From positions 1 to 38,923 of IMG/VR virus record IMGVR_UViG_3300020045_005222: a stretch of 38,923 nt of DNA. One strand, 5' to 3'. A program made the position numbers and the translations under genes. The stretch is from a virus. Taxonomy: Duplodnaviria > Caudoviricetes. Position 1 is the first letter of the stretch. Each line of letters starts with the position of its first letter. Positions 24,924 to 33,055 of this stretch are shown piece by piece. The notes under the pieces are model-generated. The model searched no databases, had not been told where the DNA came from, and saw only the letters and a program-made list of their open reading frames with translations.

Positions 24924-26288
24924 TTAGTATTCGTATTTGATTAAATTAAAATATTCATTTCCGGTTATTGATACATACTCTTCCAATTCATCTTTAGAGT
25001 ATTGGTTATTTTTCAACTTCTCAGTTGTTGCTTCGTCAAAAGTAGTTGAAAACTTCTCCCCTTGTCTTGATATTGTTTCAATATTTGACTTCAACAATTT
25101 AGGAACTTGATATAAACTTGCTATTGCATCCTTTGCGTTGTTATTTGATGGCTCAACTCCAAGAAAAAACATTCGATCCGTTGATGGACAATAACACCTT
25201 ACGTAAGCTATTTGATTATTGTTTATATTTCCTTTGAATAAAGTATAAACACCAACATTCATTCCTTTAGTAGTTCCTTTTAAATATTCTTCTGCTTTTT
25301 TATCTACATAAGTATCGACTTCTTTTAAATGTTGTCTTAAAAGCTCAACTACCGATTCATCACCATGTACTTCTTGCAAATAAGACAAACAAGCCGCTTT
25401 TACTTCTTCATTGCTTTCTTTTGTAAAATCATCCATCGTGTATTTTTTTGACTGTAATTTTTCAAATAGAGGCTTATCAATTTTAACCCCTTCAATGAAA
25501 TACATTTCTTGATTGTTATATTGAATAGCTGAACTTTCCGCACTATGTAATCTTGAATTTTTAAAAGATATTTTTTTTGGCATTCTTAAAACCAAAACAA
25601 CCCTTTTACATAAAAAACATTTTGCAATATTAGCTTCGTTTACGTGGTTATAAAGCCAATCTAATTGTTCTGCTTTTTTAGTATTTAATCCAAATTCTTC
25701 TTTTATGAATTTATACCACATAAGATAAATTCTTGAATATTCGTTTGTTAAAAATAACCAATGATATTTAGGGACTTTTAACAACTCAGAATCCAACTCA
25801 GAATCCAACTCAGAATCCAACTCAGAATACAACTCAGAATCCAACTCAGAATCCAACTCAGAATCCAACTCAGAATACAACTCAGAACGCAACTCAGAAT
25901 CCAACTCAGAATCCAACTCAGAACGCAACTCAGAACGCAACTCAGAATCCAACTCAGAATCCAACTCAGAATCCAACTCAGAACGCAAAAATGGCTTTTT
26001 GTTTTTAGACAACCATACTTTGTTTACTAATTCGGTATATCTTTTATTTAATTTGTCATTAAACAGTAAGTTGTAGAATTGTCGATATTCAATTAAATTG
26101 TCAGCAACAATCACAACTGGCTTTTCGTTTTGTTTACCTAATTTGTAAACATACTCTAAATATTCAACTGTTTTTTTTCTATCCCAATTCTCGTGTTCTT
26201 CGCCGTTGTATAAATCCTTTACGGCTTTTTCTTTGTAAAGTGTAATTTTAGATTTAATCTCTGGTGTAAAATCTGTAATCGTTTTCAT
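24924..26288 (-). CDS. DUF6745-like protein with 17 tandem SEL(D/R/Y/L) tetrapeptide repeats
   Basis: RLHSAESSAIQY...YFIEGV and YVRCYCPSTDRMF.L.V.P motifs. Start moved to ATG 26288 (MKTITDF), downstream of the promoter. Confidence 0.7.
   Translation of the reverse strand: MKTITDFTPEIKSKITLYKEKAVKDLYNGEEHENWDRKKTVEYLEYVYKLGKQNEKPVVIVADNLIEYRQFYNLLFNDKLNKRYTELVNKVWLSKNKKPFLRSELDSELDSELDSELRSELRSELDSELDSELRSELYSELDSELDSELDSELYSELDSELDSELDSELLKVPKYHWLFLTNEYSRIYLMWYKFIKEEFGLNTKKAEQLDWLYNHVNEANIAKCFLCKRVVLVLRMPKKISFKNSRLHSAESSAIQYNNQEMYFIEGVKIDKPLFEKLQSKKYTMDDFTKESNEEVKAACLSYLQEVHGDESVVELLRQHLKEVDTYVDKKAEEYLKGTTKGMNVGVYTLFKGNINNNQIAYVRCYCPSTDRMFFLGVEPSNNNAKDAIASLYQVPKLLKSNIETISRQGEKFSTTFDEATTEKLKNNQYSKDELEEYVSITGNEYFNLIKYEY
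25779..25982 (-). repeat. 12 bp coding tandem repeat x17: TCTGAGTTG(GAT/CGT/TAT/TTA)
   Basis: Read directly; the first 9 nt of each unit are invariant. Confidence 0.97.
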
Positions 26289-26315
26289 TTTTATAAATTT
26301 TAAAGTTTTGTTACA

Positions 26316-26346
26316 CAAAGATAATATTATTTCGTTACAAAACAAA
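26316..26346 (-). promoter_or_regulatory. Promoter (TTTG-N19-TATCTTTG) for the accessory insert
   Basis: -7 element at 26316-26323 and TTTG at 26343-26346. Confidence 0.7.
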
Positions 26347-26389
26347 TATAAAATGATTTTTTTGTAATTTAATTGATTTTGTTACGTAA

Positions 26390-27769
26390 CTAAACTATTC
26401 GTATTATTCCCTCACGCCTTAAAAATTGATAAACATATCGTGTAGGGTCAATCAAGTGATTGTTTATATCTTCAAACTCGTCGTCAATCACAATTCCATA
26501 CCTGTCTGTTTTCCTAGAGTAGTTCTCCTGTTCGTATTTTAAATTTTTACTTGATGCTGTGAAAAATACAGGAATTGAGCTTAATCCATCTACACCGTCA
26601 ACTATTGAACCGGGTCCTTTGTAAGCCCCAAATGCACAATCGTAACCAGCATCCCTTAAAGCTCTTATTTTTTCAGGTCTATTGCTGTCACAAGCTATAT
26701 ATTCATTAGTGTTAATTCCTAGTTTTCTAAAATAATAAACTACAAATCCCTCTGGTATTAACGATACTTGATTTCGTTCCTCTAAAGTTAGTTTTGCTTT
26801 TAAACTATCCTCCGAAAGATAATTCAATTCGTGTAGATATAATGCACCATCGTAATACTTTACATCTAAAATCCCGAAAGGGTCAACTTTCCCCCAGTCA
26901 ACGCCTTTGTACGATGGTACTTTTAAAGAATGATAAACTGAATCAGGTATTTCAGTCCATTTAAATACTCTGTGCGGTCTTTCGGCTTTAGTTCCAAGCC
27001 CATACACTTGCCATTTAAAGTCATCGGCTGTATTAAACTCTTCGTTTTGCTTACACCTTGCAAGGTTTTTTATTAATCCGGCACTAAAATTTAAACGGTT
27101 TTCTTCTAAATTATAAACTCTTGCTTCTTGCTCTTTAATCAATTCTTTTGCAACCACATTTGACAAAGCAATAGATTGATACGATAATATTTTTTCTTTT
27201 TGTTCTACTGGACAAAATGGATTGTCTTTGAATGTGGAATGAATTACCAAAGTTCTAGGGTCTTTGGCTAAGTCGTCAGCCCAGTGGTCTTTCTTTGGGT
27301 TCATATCAATAAACACAAAGTCGGACGTTCTTTGGTCTATCTGGTCGAAAGTATCTCTACTTATCTTGTATGGCTCGTTTAACCAAGCTACATCTTGTGT
27401 AAGTCCGTGTACGGTTTCCTCGTCATCAGTCCCGTGAATCTCAAAAGTGCTTTCTGTATCGTAAGTAAATATTGATTCCGTTTTGTTAAACTCTTGGTTA
27501 ACTTTGTAACGTCCTGTTTTTTTTAGCCTTTTTAAAGCGTCGTTTAAAACAGTTTTTTTACAGTCGGTCTTGGTGTCACGCCAAACGGTCATTCGTTTAT
27601 TTAGTTCACTACGTCCGTAAGTATCAAGACAGTCAATAAGCGATACGGTTTTTGAGCTACGGGAAGAACCTCGATTTAAAATATAACGATACTTTCTAGT
27701 GCCATCAGGGTTTTTAGCGTGTATTGCTTCCCAGTTTTTCTGGTATACTATTGTGGCTTGGAAATTCAT
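26390..27769 (-). CDS. terL: Terminase large subunit (PBSX-like)
   Basis: Walker A-like GSSRSSKT, WLNE, DMNP, HSTFKDNPF; nuclease motifs GVDWG..DP and NHLIDPTRY. Confidence 0.95.
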   Translation of the reverse strand: MNFQATIVYQKNWEAIHAKNPDGTRKYRYILNRGSSRSSKTVSLIDCLDTYGRSELNKRMTVWRDTKTDCKKTVLNDALKRLKKTGRYKVNQEFNKTESIFTYDTESTFEIHGTDDEETVHGLTQDVAWLNEPYKISRDTFDQIDQRTSDFVFIDMNPKKDHWADDLAKDPRTLVIHSTFKDNPFCPVEQKEKILSYQSIALSNVVAKELIKEQEARVYNLEENRLNFSAGLIKNLARCKQNEEFNTADDFKWQVYGLGTKAERPHRVFKWTEIPDSVYHSLKVPSYKGVDWGKVDPFGILDVKYYDGALYLHELNYLSEDSLKAKLTLEERNQVSLIPEGFVVYYFRKLGINTNEYIACDSNRPEKIRALRDAGYDCAFGAYKGPGSIVDGVDGLSSIPVFFTASSKNLKYEQENYSRKTDRYGIVIDDEFEDINNHLIDPTRYVYQFLRREGIIRIV

Positions 27770-28303
27770 TTATTCATCTTCTGATTCAGGAGGAACTATT
27801 TCTACCAGCATTTTACTTGGCGTTCCTGGAATGTCTTTACCGTTTGTTGTATGATCAACTCCGTAGTTATTTTTCCATCCGAAATTAGAAAGTATAAAAA
27901 TATTTCCCGCGCATTTATCGCCATAAGCCGTTGCAATTTCGTGATATTGCTCTATTTTAGTCATCGCTCTTTTAATTGAGTGCGAAAACTCAACTTTCTT
28001 TGCGTACTCATATAGTGTAGACCTACTTTCAAAACCAAGCCATAAAGCCAGTCCTGTTGATGTTGGCGGTTCTGCTTTTTTTATAATCTTTACCACTGGT
28101 TTTTTGGCTTTGCCATTTTTATAATAATCTTGTATCGTTTCTGTTTTTTCTTCAATACTAAAAAAATATGACTCGCAAAGATTTTTAACAGTTTGTATAT
28201 CTTCTTCGCTTTCCGTGTTATAGTATGGCGGGCAACCTCCTTTATTTCCTACTGCATTCTGATTGCCGTAAGGTGCTCCATTTTTCTTTTTATCCTCTTC
28301 CAT
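27770..28303 (-). CDS. terS: Terminase small subunit
   Basis: GAPYGNQNAVGN, GLALWLGF.SR.TLYEY and IF.L.NFGW; abuts terL. Confidence 0.88.
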   Translation of the reverse strand: MEEDKKKNGAPYGNQNAVGNKGGCPPYYNTESEEDIQTVKNLCESYFFSIEEKTETIQDYYKNGKAKKPVVKIIKKAEPPTSTGLALWLGFESRSTLYEYAKKVEFSHSIKRAMTKIEQYHEIATAYGDKCAGNIFILSNFGWKNNYGVDHTTNGKDIPGTPSKMLVEIVPPESEDE

Positions 28304-28322
28304 TTTGTAACGATTTAATAAT

Positions 28323-28330
28323 CAAAGGTA
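28323..28330 (-). promoter_or_regulatory. -7 promoter element TACCTTTG upstream of terS
   Basis: TAnnTTTG 19 nt before the ATG, just downstream of a terminator. Confidence 0.55.
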
Positions 28331-28350
28331 CTTAAATTTTATTACAAAAT

Positions 28351-28379
28351 AAAAAATCCCTACTCTTTTGGAATAGGGA
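28351..28379 (-). terminator. Intrinsic terminator ending the early/middle region
   Basis: TCCCTA/TAGGGA stem plus a T-run. Confidence 0.65.
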
Positions 28380-28431
28380 ATAAAACCGGAGTTTGGTTTT
28401 TAGCGTTTCACCATTAACGCTTTATCGTATT

Positions 28432-28623
28432 TTAATGGAATCCTAGCGAATAACTTCCAAGTTTAGGTGCTTTTTGGTATCGCTTTTTAACTTTTAGTAT
28501 TCTTCTAAATTTCAATTCCTTTTTTATTGATTCATTACTTCTTGTTTTTGGCGTTACTATTGGCATACCGTTACAATCTAAATTCGGAGTGCGTGTTTTA
28601 AAATCACAATTTGTTTTTTCCAT
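28432..28623 (-). CDS. Hypothetical basic protein
   Basis: Tightly packed ORF. Confidence 0.55.
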   Translation of the reverse strand: MEKTNCDFKTRTPNLDCNGMPIVTPKTRSNESIKKELKFRRILKVKKRYQKAPKLGSYSLGFH

Positions 28624-28626
28624 GTT

Positions 28627-28845
28627 TTAAAGTTTTTCAATTATTAAATGTTCTTTTATTTTCTCGTCTTTTAACCAATATTCAAAGTCTGTTTTCGTAG
28701 TCGGAAAGTGGTTGTTTTTGATTACTGGGATTATGTTTTCGCCTTTTACGTTTGTGAACTCGTAAAGATTTCCGTCGCTTATTCTGTACTTAAAAATCCA
28801 AATATCGGTATCATCTAATGTTACTCGGTAATTTGTTGTTAGCAT
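28627..28845 (-). CDS. Hypothetical protein
   Basis: Tightly packed ORF. Confidence 0.6.
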   Translation of the reverse strand: MLTTNYRVTLDDTDIWIFKYRISDGNLYEFTNVKGENIIPVIKNNHFPTTKTDFEYWLKDEKIKEHLIIEKL

Positions 28846-29081
28846 TCCATGAAATTAGATATTTCAAACTGGCTGTTTTGCTTGAACGCTTCAAAATCAT
28901 CGAAAGGCATTAATTCAATTTCCTTTATTGGTGTTTCGATTAAAATTAAAGTGTCGTGTACGATGTAGGCTATTTTATCGCCTTTTAAGTTTCTACTGAA
29001 TCCCATTTCGCAAAGTTCGGATATTCTTTGATCAATGATTTTTTGTAGTTCCGATTCTGATTGTTTTTCGTTAATTTTCAT
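28839..29081 (-). CDS. Hypothetical protein
   Basis: Tightly packed ORF with an A-rich leader. Confidence 0.65.
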   Translation of the reverse strand: MKINEKQSESELQKIIDQRISELCEMGFSRNLKGDKIAYIVHDTLILIETPIKEIELMPFDDFEAFKQNSQFEISNFMEC

Positions 29082-29099
29082 TGGTTTTTGGTTTTTTAG

Positions 29100-29855
29100 T
29101 TAAAATAATGTTTCTTGTTTTTGATTTAAAATATGTTGATACAATTCAATTGGTATTGCTGAACGTTCGGAATAAGTTTTTTTAATATCTAAAAATCCTG
29201 ATGCTATAATTTGCTTTTTTAATTTTTCTGATAATCCAGTATTCATTGTAATTCTGTTCTTGTTCTTGTTCTTGTTCTTGTTCTTGTTCTTGTTTAAAGT
29301 TAATTTCTTATTTGAAAATATAATTGTGGGTTTTAAAGAAAAATCTTTTGAATTATAATTATCGTAATAAGTTAAATTTTTAAACCCTTTCAAATTGTGA
29401 AAATTATATAAATACTTAAAAAGTAAAGAAGTCGCTCCGTTTTCTATACACCAAAGCTCAGGATTGAATTTATCTATAATCTTAAAAGTATAATAAGCTG
29501 TTCTTTGCCCTAATAGTCTTAAACTTCTATGATGTGCTGCATAATTATTAGGTTTGTAGTTTTTTTGCCAATATAAATTATGCTCATTGTAATTTCTTTT
29601 GTAAAATCTTACATTCCCAATGTTTACAGTTATCCAGGTTTCACATGGCGGACTAGCAAAAATAATATCCGGTTTAGGTAGTTTCTCTAGTTTTTTTAAA
29701 CAACTTCTTCGACTTAAATCCATTGATATGAAATTATCAGTAATTGCTGAGCTTGATGGTAATCCTATAGAGTAAACGACATATTCACTACTGTTTAAAT
29801 TTTGCGTTATTGCTGTTTCAGAATCAAATAAACTCCATATTACTTTTGGTTTCAT
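29100..29855 (-). CDS. Short C5-cytosine DNA methyltransferase-like protein
   Basis: Catalytic motif IV PDIIFASPPC and motif VI IEN; motif I is degenerate (WSLFDSET). Confidence 0.7.
   Translation of the reverse strand: MKPKVIWSLFDSETAITQNLNSSEYVVYSIGLPSSSAITDNFISMDLSRRSCLKKLEKLPKPDIIFASPPCETWITVNIGNVRFYKRNYNEHNLYWQKNYKPNNYAAHHRSLRLLGQRTAYYTFKIIDKFNPELWCIENGATSLLFKYLYNFHNLKGFKNLTYYDNYNSKDFSLKPTIIFSNKKLTLNKNKNKNKNKNKNRITMNTGLSEKLKKQIIASGFLDIKKTYSERSAIPIELYQHILNQKQETLF
29255..29294. repeat. (TGTTCT)6 microsatellite encoding a poly-(NK) tract inside the methyltransferase-like gene
   Basis: Read directly. Confidence 0.92.
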
Positions 29856-29863
29856 AATTTAAG

Positions 29864-30046
29864 TTATTTTAAAATGTAAGCCACAATAAGTAAAAAAGTA
29901 ATCACTCCAATGGTTAAAAAAACCTTTTCGGCTTGGCTTATTACAAATTCCTTTTCAGTTTTTTCGTTGTATTCGTTGCAAAACTTACATTGGTTTTCGC
30001 ATTTATCCCCGTAGTCTTGGTTGTTGGTGCAGTAGAAGTTGCTCAT
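29864..30046 (-). CDS. Small Cys-rich protein with a C-terminal membrane anchor
   Basis: C...C...C..C followed by a hydrophobic C-terminus; ATGA coupling. Confidence 0.6.
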   Translation of the reverse strand: MSNFYCTNNQDYGDKCENQCKFCNEYNEKTEKEFVISQAEKVFLTIGVITFLLIVAYILK

Positions 30047-30438
30047 AGTTGTAAATTTAATTGTTTTTTCGCTTCGTTTCTAATTTTTTCGGTATTTTCT
30101 GAAAGTCTTTTTTTGGATTGTAGTTCGGAATATTCTTTTGAAATCCAAAGTTGTTGAGGTCTGCAATGACAAATAGGGTTCTTTGATAATTCAAATCCGT
30201 TTTTTAATATCAACCCTTGTTTTGATAACGCCCTGAAAACAGCGCCATAAACTCTAGGCTCAATCGGTTCTTGGTTTCCTAATGAGTAGTAGTCTTTTTT
30301 TAAGTCCTCACTGGAAAACGCTTTAAATTTAGTTTTAACCCAGTCGGAAGCAAAATTCAACACTTCATTAAAATATTGTAAGTTGTTTTGTTGCACTTGG
30401 TCAATTGCTTTTTGTGTTATTTGTCGAGGTGTTTCCAT
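30043..30438 (-). CDS. Hypothetical protein, possibly winged-helix
   Basis: EPRVYGAVFRAL...G.I and H.RP...W pattern. Confidence 0.65.
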   Translation of the reverse strand: METPRQITQKAIDQVQQNNLQYFNEVLNFASDWVKTKFKAFSSEDLKKDYYSLGNQEPIEPRVYGAVFRALSKQGLILKNGFELSKNPICHCRPQQLWISKEYSELQSKKRLSENTEKIRNEAKKQLNLQL

Positions 30439-30444
30439 AAGTGG

Positions 30445-30888
30445 TTATTTTAAATATCCTAATTCTCTTGCTTCTTTTGGGTTGTCGTGAATCCAATTAT
30501 GACCATCCCGACTAACTGCTATCCAAGTTGAAACGTCTAAATAATATTTCGCTCTGTCTTTTCCACAATAAGTATGATGCACTTCAATTGTCGGCTGCTT
30601 TGTAATCGGGCAAATTCTATTCTCAGGCTTTCCTAAAAACTCAATTCTCAAAACGGTGTACTTTGCATCTTCAATTATTTTCTTTTTTGATCGCTTTGGA
30701 ATTATGTAAACTTTCTTTTTTACGTCGGTTCGCATTTTCGGACTTTCTAATTTTGCTTTTAGAGGATAACCTTTATCTTTAATTTTACAGGCTGCTGAGC
30801 AATGCGTATCTCGAATTGAATTGTAAACCTTTATCGTGTTTTCACAATCTTTGTTTCCGCATGGTTTTGTTTTGGGTTCTTTTTGCAT
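30445..30888 (-). CDS. HNH-type endonuclease with an N-terminal Cys cluster (NinG-like architecture)
   Basis: CGNKDC...CSAAC; CPIT....EVHH...AVSR.GH.WIH. Confidence 0.65.
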   Translation of the reverse strand: MQKEPKTKPCGNKDCENTIKVYNSIRDTHCSAACKIKDKGYPLKAKLESPKMRTDVKKKVYIIPKRSKKKIIEDAKYTVLRIEFLGKPENRICPITKQPTIEVHHTYCGKDRAKYYLDVSTWIAVSRDGHNWIHDNPKEARELGYLK

Positions 30889-30900
30889 TTTGTTTAGTAA

Positions 30901-31437
30901 TTACATAAAGTTTAATTTCGAGTGTATTATCTCGGTTTCTCTGGTGATGTATATTGTTTCTACCGTACTTTTTTCTATAAACTTTATATTTGGGAACATT
31001 TTCTTTAATTGTAATTCAGAAAATCTATATCCACGATTTCTTTCGTTTGTTAAATTCAACCCTAATTCCTTTGCCCTCTCTATCATCTTTTTTGGTGTCC
31101 CCCCGTACATTTTTTGAACGTCAGCAGTTCTGTAAAATATGATTTTTTCACCCCCTAAATTTTCGATTATATTTTCTATTTTTTTTATTTCAGCGTCAAG
31201 TTCCTTTTCTATTTTTCTTTGAAAATCTATTGTATCAACAGCGTGTTTACAAGTACTCCATTGTCGATAAATTGAAAGGGCTATTTTTGACGTTTTATTG
31301 TCGGTCATTGTTGTTGCTAAGTAGAAATAAATATGCCTTGCCCTAACTATTCTTTTATCCCTAGATAACGACCTTAATTCCATCGGAGTTACTTTGTAAA
31401 AATTGCAAACTTCATTTTTAATTATATCTAAGCTCAT
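30901..31437 (-). CDS. DnaA domain IV-like HTH fused to a second (MerR/Xis-like) HTH
   Basis: I...VC.FY.V...EL.S.SR...IV.AR.I..YL...T......IA....R..ST..HA; C-terminal YRTADVQKMYG...RGYRFSE. Confidence 0.75.
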   Translation of the reverse strand: MSLDIIKNEVCNFYKVTPMELRSLSRDKRIVRARHIYFYLATTMTDNKTSKIALSIYRQWSTCKHAVDTIDFQRKIEKELDAEIKKIENIIENLGGEKIIFYRTADVQKMYGGTPKKMIERAKELGLNLTNERNRGYRFSELQLKKMFPNIKFIEKSTVETIYITRETEIIHSKLNFM

Positions 31438-32273
31438 AATTCAAAAATTACATTAGCACCATCTTTTATTTTTCTGTTGAAAAACTCAATCAAAACAAGT
31501 TCTTTCATTTTAGGCTCTATTTCATCAAACTTTCCAATATCGATTAACTTGATAATGTTTTGCTTTGCAGTCCGTTCTTGCAACGATAATGCTTTTTCAG
31601 GAGCGTGTTTCTCTTTAAGGATTTCTACTGCTTCTTTGGTTTTCTCTTGGTAGTATTTTCCTAAATTACTTTCCGGATTACTGGCTATCTTTATAACTCC
31701 ATATTCAACTAAAGAATTAAATCTTACAGTAGGTAAATCAGGAGTTTGTAGATTATCCATGTACTCGATGTAAGCCTCGTTAATTCGCCTTTTATCCAAC
31801 AAAATCTTTTCATCATCGGACATTATTTTTTTTATTTCATCCATAGTAATTGGTTTTTCTTTTTTAACTATTACTTTTTTTGTTATTCCGTACTCGGTCA
31901 TTTCCTCAGGTTTAAGCCACGATATTTTAAAACCTCTCCAGTTCTTTTCAACTGCAATACGCATCCCTAATTCGTAGCTTATTTTATATTTGTCGCACTC
32001 ATTTATAAATCCTTGCAAACCTATTTTTGTATGCGCCCGTTTCATTAATTTTCCTACTGTGATATAGTCGTTAACGATGTCTGTATTTGAAACTAATTTA
32101 AGCAATTCCGACTTATAATCAAAACCTTTTACAACTTCTTTTGGCGTAGTAATTCCCCTTTTCAATTGTCCAACTTTTTTATACAAATCAGGAATAGCCG
32201 TTAATGGTAAATCATTCAATTTATTTAGATTGATTATTATTCCCTCTTGTAATTCTAAAGTTAGTTTTTTCAT
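31434..32273 (-). CDS. Putative replication-associated protein
   Basis: AVEKNWRGFKISWL resembles the W.GF...W domain of phage replication initiators; located in the replication region. Confidence 0.5.
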   Translation of the reverse strand: MKKLTLELQEGIIINLNKLNDLPLTAIPDLYKKVGQLKRGITTPKEVVKGFDYKSELLKLVSNTDIVNDYITVGKLMKRAHTKIGLQGFINECDKYKISYELGMRIAVEKNWRGFKISWLKPEEMTEYGITKKVIVKKEKPITMDEIKKIMSDDEKILLDKRRINEAYIEYMDNLQTPDLPTVRFNSLVEYGVIKIASNPESNLGKYYQEKTKEAVEILKEKHAPEKALSLQERTAKQNIIKLIDIGKFDEIEPKMKELVLIEFFNRKIKDGANVIFEL

Positions 32274-32623
32274 TTTACCAAGTCTTTTACGTTATAGCTT
32301 TCAACATCTTCGTTATTTATCCTTACAATTTTAAATCCTCTTGATTTTAAATATTTGTCTTTTGCGTAATCTCTTTTTATTTGCTCTTTAGTTTGGTGAT
32401 AACCTCCGTCTATTTCTACGCAAATTTTATATGGTTTTGGTATATAAAAATCTACTATACAATAAAAATCGCCTACAAAAAACCCTTTTTGGAAAATATA
32501 TTTAACATTGTTTTGATCTAACTTTAATTTAAAGTCTAGTTCATATTTTGTTGCATTATTAATTAGCTTTAATCTTCTTTCAAAGAATGTTTTCTGTTTA
32601 TCTGAAAAAGTTAATGTGCTCAT
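32270..32623 (-). CDS. DUF559 (Vsr-like) endonuclease
   Basis: FQK...IVDFY.P...VEIDGGYH...RD..KD.YL...G..IVRI.N. Confidence 0.88.
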   Translation of the reverse strand: MSTLTFSDKQKTFFERRLKLINNATKYELDFKLKLDQNNVKYIFQKGFFVGDFYCIVDFYIPKPYKICVEIDGGYHQTKEQIKRDYAKDKYLKSRGFKIVRINNEDVESYNVKDLVK

Positions 32624-32860
32624 ATTTGCTTTTGTTAGTTTCTTTTGGTTTGGCTATAGTAATCCCAACGGAAAACAGTATTAAAACTGAAATCCAATTA
32701 GGACTAATACCTTGCTTCCGTTTAGTACTTCCGGTATAAGGTGATGGATTTAATTTAAGCTAACCCAACTCGCATACTTTAAACGCTTAACCGTTCGCTC
32801 TGCCATTATGCTTTAGTTTGGCACTTACTTTCGAGCATCCCGAACCTAACGATTCATTTT
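32624..32860 (-). ncRNA. Candidate structured RNA (about 240 nt) directly upstream of the DUF559 gene
   Basis: No ORF of useful length; several complementary segments visible (see findings). Confidence 0.4.
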
Positions 32861-32902
32861 GTAGTAAGTTTTAAAAGAATTTCCGCAAACGTGATTTTAG
32901 AC

Positions 32903-33021
32903 AAAAACAGAAATCCCGCAAAGGAGTGGAAACTCTGCGGGATATTATCATCTGTTTAAGCAATTCGATAAAATCAGATAATCAATATCCGATTCCACTC
33001 GAATTGACTACCGCAAATATA
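32903..33021 (-). promoter_or_regulatory. Promoter TATATTTG plus a leader ending in a terminator-like hairpin whose loop is complementary to the leader 5' end
   Basis: -7 element at 33014-33021; GAGTGGAA at 32993-33000; stem ATCCCGCAGAG/CTTTGCGGGAT (32913-32943) with loop TTTCCACTC. Confidence 0.7.
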
Positions 33022-33055
33022 AAACATTATTTCAAATAACAATAAAAACTTTCGA

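Noticed and set aside
25779-25982. Repeat array that could be mistaken for CRISPR
   Set aside because: The units are contiguous 12-mers with no unique spacers, lie in frame within a CDS, and there are no cas genes.
26289-26345. N-terminal extensions given by the ORF track for the DUF6745-like protein (also transposase 1033-1080 and 17423-17449)
   Set aside because: They start at non-ATG codons and run through promoter or terminator elements; the downstream ATGs with A-rich leaders are more plausible.
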